Positions 1 to 13,100 of a stretch of 64,000 nucleotides of DNA are shown here, in pieces. Position numbers and translations under genes: made by a program. The DNA lies in contig CAIIXF020000001.1 in assembly GCA_903813345.2 (NCBI GenBank), positions 5,394,001 through 5,458,000 on the forward strand. Direction: 5' to 3'. The notes under the pieces are model-generated. The model was given only the letters and a program-made list of their open reading frames with translations, ran no database searches and had not been told where the DNA came from. How positions within the stretch are numbered: position 1 is the first letter of the stretch; the number at the start of each line of letters is the position of its first letter. The stretch comes from Owenia fusiformis. Taxonomy: Eukaryota.

Positions 1-2172
1 AGACCCCTAGTGAAGAAAATGAAAGAAACTATAAAATATATAAAGCAAGGTTCAGAGCTATTTTGAGAGCTGTAGAAAAAACCCACTATCGGAATCAATT
101 TGAAACTGCATCTGGAAATATTAAACAAACCTGGAATATTATCTCTGACATTTTAAATAGAAAAAAACTTCATACAGTGGTTCAAAACGAATTTCTGGTC
201 GATGGTATTGCAGTAAATGATAAAAAGTTGATTGCCAATAAATTCAACTCATTCTTTTCTTCAATTGGATTAAAATTAAGCTCTAAAATTCCAGAGTCAA
301 ACAGAACACCAAATGAATATATTAGTAATATGGGACATTTTGAAAATAGATTTCACTTAACACCAGTTGATGAAACAGAATTGTCATTATTAATACAAAC
401 TTTGAAAGACAAGGCAGCATCTCTTGATAATATTAAACCGATTATTGTAAAACATGCAAAAAATGAACTTATACAGCCTTTACTTTTGATATTCAATAAA
501 TCCTTCCAACAGGGAATTTTCCCGGATAAACTCAAAATAGCCAAGGTAACACCAATTTTCAAAAAAGGTCAAAAAGACAATTTCTCAAACTATAGACCAA
601 TTTCAGTCTTGCCAGTTTTTTCTAAACTTCTAGAAAAACTTATTAACTTTAGGCTCTGTAATTTTATCACAGAAAACGAAATATTATATATACATCAGTA
701 TGGCTTTCAGAAAAATGTCTCTACCTTTATGGCAATCTTAACTTTTGTTGAAAACATACGACATGCGCTGGAGAACAATGAATATTCGCTTGGTATTTTT
801 TTAGACTTGTCTAAAGCCTTTGACACCATTAATCATAAAATCCTTCTAGATAAATTAAATTTTTATGGAATTCAAGGGTCTGAACTTTCTCTTTTTAAAT
901 CATATCTAAAAGATCGAAAGCAAGTTGTATCATATAACAATATTGACTCTGATTTACAAAGTATATCATGCGGTGTGCCCCAGGGCTCAGTCCTTGGGCC
1001 GACATTATTCATATTATATGTAAATGACATGTTTAAGGTTTCCAATATTCTTAAAACCGTAATATTTGCTGACGACACTAATTTGTTGGCCTCAGATAAA
1101 GATTTGAAATCTCTAATAGAAAAGGTTAATGATGAACTTGATCTTATGGACGATTGGTTCAAAGCAAATAAATTGTCAATAAACTATTCTAAGACAAAAT
1201 TTATCTTGTTCAATAAACAGAAACGACAAATCTTTAGAGATATTAAAATTGATATGTCCGGGAAACAAATTGAAAGAGTAAAATCTATCAACTTTTTAGG
1301 TGTCATTGTTGATGAACATATTACCTGGAAAGAACATATTAAACATATAGAAGCAAAAATATCCAGAACAATTGGTCTCTTATATAAGATTCGCCACCTA
1401 TTGAATAAAACAAGTCTTTTGGCAATCTATAATTCCCTGATATACTCACATTTAAATTACTGTAATTTAATCTGGGGTGGCCATAGCAATGCTCATACAA
1501 ATGAGCTGCATTCTCTACTTCTATTTCAAAAGAGATTCCTTCGAATATTAGACAACCAGCCAAGAATGGCACATTCAGCACCTCTCTTTAAGAAGTACAA
1601 CATTTTACCTGTAAACCAGGTGTATGAATTTAATGTTTCGAATTTTGTCTATTGTTGTATTTACCAGGAACCTGTTTATTCAAAACTATATAATGATTAT
1701 TTTAATCAAAATGAATATTTTCACAATTATCCTACCAGAAGAAGTCATGATTTACATGCTAGGGCTTACAAAACAAAAATAGGGTTATATTCAATCAAAG
1801 TACAGGGTCCAAGAATCTGGAATTCTATCTCAGATCATGTCAGATTTTTGCCTTCATTACTTCAATTCAAAATGACTAGAAAGAAAAACTTAATTGCTGA
1901 AATATAATTATATATTGTCACCTCATCTACCTTTCCATCCATACATTTTTTCCTAAACTGAAATAGAGTTAACACACATTGGCAGCCACAACTCACCACC
2001 ACTAGCCATAAGTTAGATGCATACATATGCTATCAATATGTATAGTTATTATTAAATTTTCATTTTTGTCACAAAAACAACTTCATACACTTGTTAAAGT
2101 GTCAGTTGATGTATAATTTATGTATCATAGTTTGACAATAAAGTATGTAACTAACTAAAACTAAAACTAAAA
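1..2172 (+). mobile_element. 3' part of a CR1/L2-group non-LTR retrotransposon; 5' end outside the window
   Basis: RT ORF ends at 1907, followed by a 3'UTR with AATAAA (~2137) and a (CTAAAA)n-like tail to ~2172. Confidence 0.85.
63..1907 (+). CDS. LINE ORF2 reverse transcriptase, N-terminally truncated by the window edge
   Basis: Motifs NYRPIS, QYGF, DLSKAFD, GVPQGSVLGP, FADD, FLGV in a 614-aa stop-free frame. Confidence 0.92.
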   Translation: MRAVEKTHYRNQFETASGNIKQTWNIISDILNRKKLHTVVQNEFLVDGIAVNDKKLIANKFNSFFSSIGLKLSSKIPESNRTPNEYISNMGHFENRFHLTPVDETELSLLIQTLKDKAASLDNIKPIIVKHAKNELIQPLLLIFNKSFQQGIFPDKLKIAKVTPIFKKGQKDNFSNYRPISVLPVFSKLLEKLINFRLCNFITENEILYIHQYGFQKNVSTFMAILTFVENIRHALENNEYSLGIFLDLSKAFDTINHKILLDKLNFYGIQGSELSLFKSYLKDRKQVVSYNNIDSDLQSISCGVPQGSVLGPTLFILYVNDMFKVSNILKTVIFADDTNLLASDKDLKSLIEKVNDELDLMDDWFKANKLSINYSKTKFILFNKQKRQIFRDIKIDMSGKQIERVKSINFLGVIVDEHITWKEHIKHIEAKISRTIGLLYKIRHLLNKTSLLAIYNSLIYSHLNYCNLIWGGHSNAHTNELHSLLLFQKRFLRILDNQPRMAHSAPLFKKYNILPVNQVYEFNVSNFVYCCIYQEPVYSKLYNDYFNQNEYFHNYPTRRSHDLHARAYKTKIGLYSIKVQGPRIWNSISDHVRFLPSLLQFKMTRKKNLIAEI

Positions 2173-2529
2173 AATAGATTAGAATTTCTCAAATCGCAGC
2201 CCATCGATTTTTAAAGAATTGCAATAAAATACAGCAGAACTTCTCACCTTTATGTCGTAAACATTTAAACAAAGAGGCCACGAAAATCAAAACCTCTGCT
2301 GTCCTGGTTGGTTAAAGTGCAAAAACGTCGCCACATTTATGTAAATGAGCCAAATTACCGGGGCCCACAAACAATTGTGTGCCCAAAATTTTTGCAGTGG
2401 GCCTTTTTAGGTCAAATTATCAAAAATGGGCATTCAAAGTTTTTTGATTTGAAATGTACACCCCCCCCCCTTGTTAACTTCTGGATTCGCCAGTGGTTAT
2501 GATCACAAATCTACAAGTTATTCTTTACT

Positions 2530-3512
2530 CTCTCTCGCGAATAGGCCTACGGGCGTTTATTTTGCACAGGGCGTTTATTTGAAAGAATTTTTAATAAACG
2601 CCCATGGGCCTATATTAAGAGGGAGAAAACAATTTTCCAAGGAGGATAGGCGTTTATTTAGAGGAATAGCTAGGGGGATATTATCGATTGTATAGTTGAC
2701 ACATGGCCTTCATACTCACGCACTAGTATGATCACGAACGTGGGCAAAAACGTTGACCAATATGTGACCTCATTTTTATTAATCATTTGTACTTGAACGA
2801 CATTAATCACGTATTACCTTACATTATGTACTATTCGCAATTTCATCCCTTTTCTCGAATGTTTTGCCAACTGGGCATTTATTTGAAATAATTTTTAATA
2901 AACAAATTTATATTGGAAAGTTAATCCAATAGCCAGCCAATTTACCTTGAAGGTGTGAAATATATGAATAGCATCGTGAATAGCCCTATTAAGATAGGCT
3001 AGGCTAATTCTGTTAAAACTATACTCATATTAATCACGTATTATTTTGGTAAATAAATGTCATATTTTGTTAAATTAAAAGTGTTTAGCATAAACTTCTC
3101 TAGATAAAACCAATATGATTTAATCTTTTAGAATTAATTCACCTAACTTTTTTACAATCAATAAATTCAGAAAATTACTTAACATTTCCGATTTATATCT
3201 AGTTTCTAATTTATCCCTAATTCTTTCAAAATTCATCAATATCATAATGAAAGGTACATCTAATTGTTTTTATAGATATTTAAATATGGTGGGGTCGAGT
3301 TGACTAAGGGTTGAGTTGACCAAGGGTTGAGATGACTTGGGGTCGAGTTGACTAAGGGTTGACTTGACTTGGGGTCGAGTTGACTAAGGGTTGACTTGAC
3401 TTGGGTTGAGTTGACTTGGCGTTGAGTTGACCAGTTACCTTTTTAAAGAGGGAAAAACCTTTTCATACACCCCACTTTCAAATAAACGCCCATGGGCCTA
3501 TTCGCGAGAAAC
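2530..3512. mobile_element. MITE-like element with terminal inverted repeats, interrupted by a minisatellite-bearing insert
   Basis: TCTCGCGAATAGGCCTACGGGCGTTTATTT (~2533) is inverted at ~3480-3510 (AAATAAACGCCCATGGGCCTATTCGCGAGA). Confidence 0.55.
3290..3438. repeat. GGGTTGAGTTGACT-type minisatellite
   Basis: About 10 degenerate 14-16 nt units. Confidence 0.85.
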
Positions 3513-4182
3513 TAACATCGTATGTGTACAAAATAGATATATATGCCAGCATGTACATATGCCAGCAGATGAACTGGAATCAATATTCAATGTACGTACA
3601 GTACACCTACTAATAAGGTGTGGAACTGTTACAAAGAAACAGTGGAGCTTCGTGTCAAATTGTGTTGATCGTCAAATGGGATGGAATATTATATGAACGA
3701 ACAAAAGGATATTATCTTTAACATTCATGGCACAATTCCAATTATATGTGGTAGCTGGGGGAACTAATACAAACACGAGTTTTACCAAAACAACTGGCCA
3801 CGAGAGATTTTCGAATGATAATTCCCGACTGTGCGCCCGTTTATGAAGAAACTTGAGGTAAGCTGGCGTGGGACATGGGTGAAAATGGTAGATAAATATG
3901 TGATTCAACTTATTAGACCATAAACAGATCGGATAATTATTGTGAATTACGATTTAGATGCAGTTCTATGACCTACCTGTCCGTGATTTCTACTCGAAGG
4001 GGCGGTATTTCTACTCGAAGGCGCGGTAACCTCTACGGAAAACGGCGGTAAGAACGGGAAGGGGCGAATTTGATCCCTACCTGTGATGATTATTCATAGC
4101 TGTTCATAGCATAGGCAATGGACAAAAAGCCAATCTCACATGAATTGTTAATGTTCATCTTCACTTGTCATTTATTCTACAG

Positions 4183-7100
4183 GAGTTGATGGCCAAAGTA
4201 ATAGACAAAATGCCAGAAGAACCCGTTCCATACATAATCCGAGTTTTACAGCGAAAATATGGTCTTTCTGAGGTAAGGAATTTTGATTTTCTGGAATGAA
4301 CCACTGTGCTTTTACAAGAGCCAATAAAAGTTGGAACATTTTTCAATTTATTCAAATTTTCTTTATTATTGCAGTTCAATCCACAATTCAGATAATTGTA
4401 AAATGCTTATTTGTGAAAACATTAAGGGAAAAAATAAGGAGTACAATTATTTTTGCCTTGTCATGGTCAGGCTCTGTATCCTGTGTGTGTCATGAAAATT
4501 TTCCAATTTTCTCTGCGTGAGACATCACTCCTGGAAATACAGTATCTTTCATACCATACAATATGTACCCTCCAAATGGTCTCAGCACAATTTCCATCAA
4601 TTAAAACATATGTAGTTATCCCTCAAAGAAGCTATACATGTCTCCCTTGGATTATATAGCTTAACTGTTCTCAGCTTTTGTTCAAAACTCTCACAATATA
4701 TCTCAAAACCTATCATTTTAGCATAAAGAATACATTAAGCTCTATACCATTGTATTTCAGTCTGATGATTTTGGCCAAGTCAGAAGGAGCACAGGGGAAT
4801 ATGGAGGTAAGTAGATAAAAAGGCTCAAGAGTACAACATTTCAAATACTTGGAAATAAAGTGTGTTAATTATAACCCTATGGACTCGAATGGAGAGAAAT
4901 AGATTTGCTACACAATCTAAAATAATTGAATAACATTACATAATGGAATAAGTTTGATTGAACTGTTTCAAAATTTTCACTTGATATGACGTGTTCATAT
5001 GCACTATTTTTCAGACACATTCGGTGTTGCCAAGGAAAAGGCGAGTTACGACAAACCATGGAAGACAAACAGTAAACGATTAAAGCCAAAGAAATCTGAA
5101 GATGTAGAGAATAAAAGACCAGGTAAGGAAAATTATGTAGCTTATTTGTAGTTGCATTTTGTTGTTTCCATATGTTGTCTCCTTTAACATTCTCTATTTT
5201 GAAGGAGATATCTTAGGAGCTCTTATTGGTTCCAGTTGTTGTTGGCTGTTTCATTTCTTTAGCAATTTCAACCCTTCATTTGGAGATTTATTATGAGAAT
5301 ATTTTTGATTTGACTTTATTTTACATGATTCTTTAAATTTCAGATCTTCTGTACAGTGTGAATTATTCAATGCTCAGACATATTTTATTTTGAATAAATA
5401 CACTTCTAAGTTTTAGTACAATATTTATTATTATTTGTTTGATATCAGGTTAATTATATGAACAATTGTTGCCAATACATAATTGCAGCAATTAGAAAGG
5501 CTTCCCCAACAAAGGATAGGTTCATCCAGTCTGCACCAGTTGATGCAGAATTCAATGATCTTTTCCGTGTTAGCCCCATAACTCCCAGAAATGTCCGCAG
5601 TGCTACCCCACGAGTTAACCAGGAATCGAGTCCGAGACTTCCACAGATTTCTCCTTCCCCCAGTAGAGGTTAAATATGAATATTAGCATGGTGCTGAAGG
5701 ATTTTTCTTATATGTACTAGGTGGCATTGGGTTAAACATAATTTGAAGTTCACAATATACATTTACTGTGCTTTTTATGACACTACCAAGAAGAAGTGAC
5801 ATATTTTTTTGTATCTCATACTTGAGTGGGTTTGCGGTAGATATCACCTGGGAATACATATCATATCTGAGGAGCAGGCAGGATATATTGTATATGTCCC
5901 ACTCCAGACCAAATGAAGGCAGATATAATATATCCATCCCACTCCTGGGAATTTTTCAAAAGTTTAAAAAAGTTTAATTTTTTTTAAAGTTTAGATGTTT
6001 CAATTTAATTGTATTGAACGAAAGGAATATTACGAAAATGTTGAATATAAATTGTGCTTTCACAGTATAGGCCTATCTTGTCATTTGAAAAGGTGGAACC
6101 CCAAACCCACACAAGTATGAGATACACCAGTTATGTACGGTCGGTTTTGGATATAGGGAATATCCAAAACCTCCCAGTACATAACCCTTATATATTGTTG
6201 TCATTTTTTGACTGGCACGGTGGTGGGTATTAACTCAGCATTATAAAAGTGATTACGCTTTTTTAACCATTTGCACTAACTTATGAGGTGACTGCATTTT
6301 GTCGTATTGATGCCTTAATTGAGCAGGTCGTTGTTCCCCCCTCAAAAAAGAGGAGATGCAAAAATCTTTCCTTATAAGGTTAAAATATTTCCCATGATGC
6401 AGTTCGCAGAGGAACAAATTTATACTTCCTTGTTTTCCCCCATAGCTTTAACATGGGGATTGTCACACCTATTTTTCAAACGATATATTTGTTTATATTC
6501 CCGTACGAGAGCACAGAAAAAATTATCAGAAACCGCGAAATGGACAATTGCCTAAATTCGTCTCAATATAAGAATACCATATAAAATGCTTTTTACATGT
6601 ATATTGTATGTTTGATCTTTTTATGAATTCTTTCCATGCTTTTACATCCTTTGTTATTTTTAGCTCAATTGTGACTGTAAATGTAATGTGAACTTAAAAA
6701 TCATTGCTTTATGTTTAAATCAACCAAATATCTCCTCTGAAATAAGGATGATTTGTCATCAATGTGGAACTCTAATGTGGAAAAGAATGGTGCTTTTTAT
6801 GTGCTAATAACTAACAGGGAACATGCTTCAAATCATGAATGGAGAAAAGGGTATCAGCCAATCTACACCTGGAAAGAAAATCCATGATTTACTTCATAGC
6901 TTGTATATTCTGGTATTTGTAATAGGATTAAAGTTGGGAATAGTTGCATGAATTCTAATGGTAATACGGAATGGTTAGTTTAGCATGTATCTGACACTGA
7001 AAAAAATATGTAATGACATACTGTACTTCAACTAATATTTGATGCTATTATATTTTGCATTTTACGATTTTGAAATTTTGCAGCAATATGTATTCATTTT

Positions 7101-10100
7101 TGCTAAATTTCGGTTTTTCGAAATTTTTCGGCTATTAATTTTTCTGGATTTGTGAGCTCTCAAAATGTTTCCAGCTTCTTTAATTCTTTGATTTAAATCT
7201 TTTAAAATCCAAAATGAAATTTAGGAAACATTGTCTTTTAATTCCAACCTTGTATTGTCCAGCATTGGACAAAATATTGTCAACATATTGACTGAAATAT
7301 ATTCGTGGGAGATTCGTGACTGCTATATTCCATGAATTAGAATTATTGGAATTTTGCGTCTATTATATTTCACGAATTTTACTGAAACACATTGATACAC
7401 TGGTAAAAATAGTTGAATTTAATCATATGGCTTGTGTTTCCAGCAGGTGGCATGTCCCAGAGCAATGAAGAATGGGATTCCAACACAAAGACAAAGTCCC
7501 AGAATTTTGATGAATTGTTTACAGAGACACAACAGAAGAAAACTGCAGCCATTAAGAAACAGACTGCAAATTCAACATCAAAGAATCTGTGGCGTACTGA
7601 AGCTGAGGTAATATTGCATCTTTTTGATAAATGTACAGTAATGTATTTCTTGACTTCACAATTGTGCACATTTAGAATGTCATCATAATCTTTTCAGATA
7701 GCATCAGGTTTAAGATAAAACATTTTCCCCAAAATCACGGAGTGCGATTGAAAGATTTGTCTGGTATTGGGAAGCATGCTACTTTTCATAAGAACACCAA
7801 GAAAACTTCATCAATTAATTTTGAAGCAATAGGTTTGGTTATACCAAAGAAAATCACCTACTCCATGCAATGGATATATCATTTGTAGATAGTTTTAATT
7901 TCTGTTTGAAGTCCAATAATGCTAGTGTACTCTAAAATGGCACAATATAGTGACATGATAATATTTTCATATATTTAATTTATGCATTGGGTCTTTTAAT
8001 TTTTTTCATAAAAAGTTTTTTTGAACTGCTAGAGTTTGAAAATTTAAAACCTATCATATTCATAGGAGAAACATTTGAAAGGGAGTTGTCAAGGGTATGA
8101 GTTGTCTAGTGGTTGAGTTGTCAAGGGTATGAGTTGTCTAGGGCTTCAATTGTCTGGTGGTTGAGTTGTCAAGGGTTGAGTTGTTTAGTGGTTGAGTTGT
8201 CAAGAGTATGAGTTGTCTAGTGGTTGAGTTGTCAAGGATTGAGTTGTCTTGTGGTTGAGTTGTCAAGGGTATGCGTTGTCAAGGGTTGAGTTGTCTAGTG
8301 GTTGAGTTGTCAAGGTATGAGTTGTCTAGTGGTTGAGTTGTCAAGGGTTTAGTTGTCTAGTGGTTGAGTTGTCAAGGGTATGAGTTGTCTAGTGGTTGAG
8401 TTGTCAAGGATTGAGTTGTCTGGTGGTTGAGTTGTCAAGGGTATGAGTTGTCTAGGATTGAATTGTCTGGTGGTTGAGTTGTCAAGGGTATGAGTTGTCT
8501 AGGGTTGAATTGTCTGGTGGTTGAGTTGTTAATGGTATGAGTTGTCTAGGGTTGAATTGTCTAGTGGTTGAGTTGTCAAGGGTATTCGTTGTCAAGGGTT
8601 GAGTTGTCTAGTGGTTGAGTTGTCAAGGTATGAGTTGTCTAGTGGTTGAGTTGTCAAGGATTGAGTTGTCTGGTGGTTGAGTTGTCAAGGGTATGAGTTG
8701 TCTAGGATTGAATTGTCTGGTGGTTGAGTTGTCAAGGGTATGAGTTGTCTAGGGTTGAATTGTCTGGTGGTTGAGTTGTTAATGGTATGAGTTGTCTAGG
8801 GTTGAATTGTCTAGTGGTTGAGTTGTCAAGGGTATGAGTTCTCTAGGGTTGAGTTGTCTGGTGCTTAAGTTGTCAAGGGATGAATTGTCTAGGGTTAAGT
8901 TGTCTGGTGGTTGAGTTGTCGAGGGTATGAGTTGTCTAGGGTTGAGTTGTCTGGTGGTTGAGTTGTCGAGGGTATGAGTTGTCTAGGGTTGAGTTGTCTG
9001 GTGGTTGAGTTGTCGAGGGTATGAGTTGTCTAGGGTTGAGTTGTCGAGGGTTTGAGTTGTCTAGGGTTGAGTTTTCTGATGGTTGAGTTTTCAAGGGTAT
9101 GAGTTGTCTAGGGTTGAGTTGTCTGATGGTTGAGTTGTCAAGGGATGAATTGTCCAGTTATTGAATTGTCACCTGGTTATTTGAAATAGTACAATAGTGC
9201 AGTGAATGGGCAATGCTTTTTGTAATTCTCTTTAGGACCATGACTTCACTTACCAAAGTTCAGGCTACACAGGTCCAAGACGAGCAAAAACAGGTGAAGA
9301 CTCCTTGGCATCAGAACTAATTGTTACTCACAGTTCTAGGACCAAAGAAGACCCCATACAAACTGCAGCAGTTACATCAGGGTAAATTGATAATAGGCTC
9401 GAAGCTTAAAGATTTACTGTATGTATGTCACTAGACAACACTAGGCAGGCATGCTTTTTGAAATGATTGCTTTCAACATTTTATACTCTTTTTGTAAACT
9501 TCCTATTAACAAGAAAAAATAAATAGTTAGGTAGTCAAATGCTGGGGACATGAGAAAATTCTTTCATCCAATATGTGTTGATTCCAGGAGCAAGAGAAAG
9601 GGCCAGGCAGTGGATGCTCATAAACACAGGAAAAAGCTAGAAGAGATGATATTATCAGAACAGAAGGCTCAGGATTCTGGTTACTATGATGAGAGAGAAG
9701 AGAAAGACGATGCACTGGAGGTCTTAGGTAATGTTTCAGATGTTTTATCCAATTACAATATTTAGATAAGAGACTACAGGTTCAGTATATGCATACTAAT
9801 ATGGAATATACTGAAAACTGAAAACCCTTGACCTACACCTTTGGCCAAAGACTGACTGTGCATCAAAAAATATAATTTATATTAGTGTTTCAGTCATTTC
9901 TCATTGTAAGTACATTGTATAAGTTTCAAGTTTAAAAACTGATTAGTTTTGGGGTATTCCGGGTCAATTTTTAAGGTGGCCATTTTGGATTAAGGGCTGA
10001 AAATCCACAATGTTCACATTAACATTTACCCAGAATGACAGTTCTAAAACTTGGAACTAATTAAGAACTTTATTACATGTATTTACAATGAGAAAATGGC

Positions 10101-13100
10101 ACTTGACTGAAATATGAATTTGAATTACAATTTTTTGATACCCAGTAAGTCTTAGGGATGTTTCTTGGTATACAACTTTACAACTGATTTGTTTTGGGGC
10201 ATTATGGGTGAATTTTAAGGTGGCCATTTTGGATTTTCTGTCCTGAAATCTTATCTGTAAAGATTTTTATAGTTTTGAGTCAAAACATTTCTTGGATCAA
10301 TCTGAAATTTTCAGAGATGTTTCTTGGTATAAAAGTGTACAAATGCTTAGTCTTTGGACATTCTGGGTAAATTTTCAGGTGAGATGGGTGTCACAATTCA
10401 CAGTCATTTGTGTGAAATCTAATTTTATATTGTCAAGGACACCTGGTCCTTTATTCACTATATAAGAATCCACCCCATTTCTCTTAAAGGGAATGCGAAG
10501 TTTTGTCCCTTAAACTTGATAATAAGTTAGAATAAAGATACATCTTTCATTCCAACTTCGTTTTATTGTTCTATCATCACCCCCTTAATTGTTATTGAGC
10601 CCCGGGTTTTGTATATGAACTGGACCACGGAGCTGCCATTTCAACCGTAAAGTGGTTCTTTACGACATTGTTATGACGTCATTGATGCCAGATTGATGCC
10701 TTGGCATTCCAAAAGTTTTGTGGCGCCATTTTTGAATCAAAAATTAAATGCTGAGTTGTTGCCATTCCAAAACCGAATAAATCATTTTAAAGGAACTAAA
10801 AGAATACGTATATAAACTTACCACCCATAATAAAGAACGATTTCAATAGAATATTAACGCCGGCATTTTCGGAATTGCTTTTTACCTATCAAGACATGGA
10901 ATGCAGGTTACATTTATTCGTTATTTAGCCTACACTTGAAATAATCTGGGATTCGTGATGATTTAATTTGCTTGTCTCATTACAAAAATACGTGTTCGTA
11001 CTTCAATATTCATTGCATTTATGTTTATCTTTAACATAAGTATTCGAAGAAAATTTTAAAATTAAATTTAAACTGTATTCAATTACTATCATGGATTCTC
11101 AGCCTCACGTCGCATTTTTACGGGGACCGTACAGTCTATCATTTCTGCGGTAAGTAAAATCTCTACGGTTGCCAAAGTATTTCTGCAGTCAGATAATTTA
11201 GCAGTCACATTTGCTAAGATAGCTGTACGGCGTATTTTGATTATGAGGAAAAACTACGATTCCCGTACGGCTGATAAACGATGACGCACGATAAGTGTAG
11301 GGCGGCCCTACGACGTGCGTAGTTTTTCTTGAAGGCCTCCACATGTACAAGGGGTTCTACGGTTCGGAAAGGTCAATTGTAACCTATGAAATCCAAGCGC
11401 AGCCGCAAGTCGACCGTGAACCTGACGTACAGCCGCCGTGGGACCTACTTTTTGGCTGCTACTTGTTGATATCTACAGTGACCATAGAAAAGAAAAAGTT
11501 CTCCGACTCTACGCCCTGTAAAAACTTAATTTGCCGTGTACGTAGACCGCAAGGTGACCTTAAGGTGACTGTAGTTGTCCTTTGATTGCCGAAGAAATTT
11601 ACTGATTTCAGGGAAATACGGTCGACATGCTGTCGCATTGAGCAAATGTGACTGAAGCTTTTAAAGTTCAACTTATTTTAGAAGAAACGATATGGAAAAA
11701 CAAAAGGTGTATGCCATTAAATTGAAAATCATTATTTGGAAAATACTGTAGAACTGTACTTACAACTTACGGATGTTATATAATTCAATTCGAGCTCGAA
11801 ATCAGGAATTGTTTTTAACAAAAAATAAATATGTATTAAAATAAATATTAAAATAGCGTACTATCAATACGGAAATTGCCTTATCGTCGTTGAAATGAAA
11901 TATCATACTACAATCAACCCCATCGTCTCCCCGCATCACTGAACGTTATGAGCCTTCTGTCACGATCCAAGGTGACATACCATTGAAAAGCTTTTTGTAA
12001 TATTGAATGTCGCTATTACGGTGATATGATGATTGGAATATTACGTATTATTCTTTGAAAATATGACAGTGGCATGTCCTTGTAAAGCTATTGCCAATCT
12101 TAATATTTAGGAGATTGACATTTACATAAGTATCATTTAGACCACATCGATTTTTCGTTTTTTGTTTGTGTTTTTCATCAGAATTTAAATGGTTAAACAC
12201 TTTAGGGAGTTACTGTTTCATATGATTACTACTTTTCGTTCTATTTCTTTCATTCTCCAATATGCACCTATTTATATTTGAATAGAACACTACAGATAGA
12301 AGAAATCTACCATTTATGCCTATTTGCCGACGTATACCAGGGGCGTAGGAAGGTGTAAATTCAACACTACGCCAAAAATATGTGTCAATTGTGTCAAACC
12401 TTCTGCTTATATCAAAACGCCTATTTTATGGCAATACCTTTCTAATGTGCTTAAAATGTTCGAATGTTTTCCATCATACAGTGAAACCGGTTTATCTGAA
12501 CACCTCTTTAATCTGAACAGCCCTCAAGGTGAACACTTTCTCTTTCCCAATTTTGTGATCTCCCATTGACTCACATGTTAATAAACCCTTAAAATGTGAA
12601 CATCTCCTAATTTGAACACCTTTGACTGGTTCCAGATATGTTCGAATTTGCGAATTAGACAAGTTTTACTGTATAAAATCACCATGGAAAGCCGATCTTT
12701 TTAATCTCGACATAACTCATTCTTACTTTTCTCATGTAAATGCTAATTTTCTCAAGGGATATAGAGTAGACGACCAGATAACAATAAGAGGTTTTTGATC
12801 ATTTTTGAATATTGAATTTAGATACATAATTTTCTGATTCCATCGTGTATCGTTCAATGGGACAATACAAATTGAAGAAACTAGTATGATTAATCGATTT
12901 AAAGAAACATTCGTGATCAATGATACAATTAACCCTATTGTCTGCAACCTTTTTTATAACAACAATTCGCAACACCAAATGACCCCCCCCCCTCCAAAAA
13001 GGTCAAATCGAGGTCAATGTGACTAGGGGGGGGGGGGGGGGGGGGGCGCCAAAAATGCCATATATCCGAAAATAATAATCTATTATCTTGCAAATGAAAT

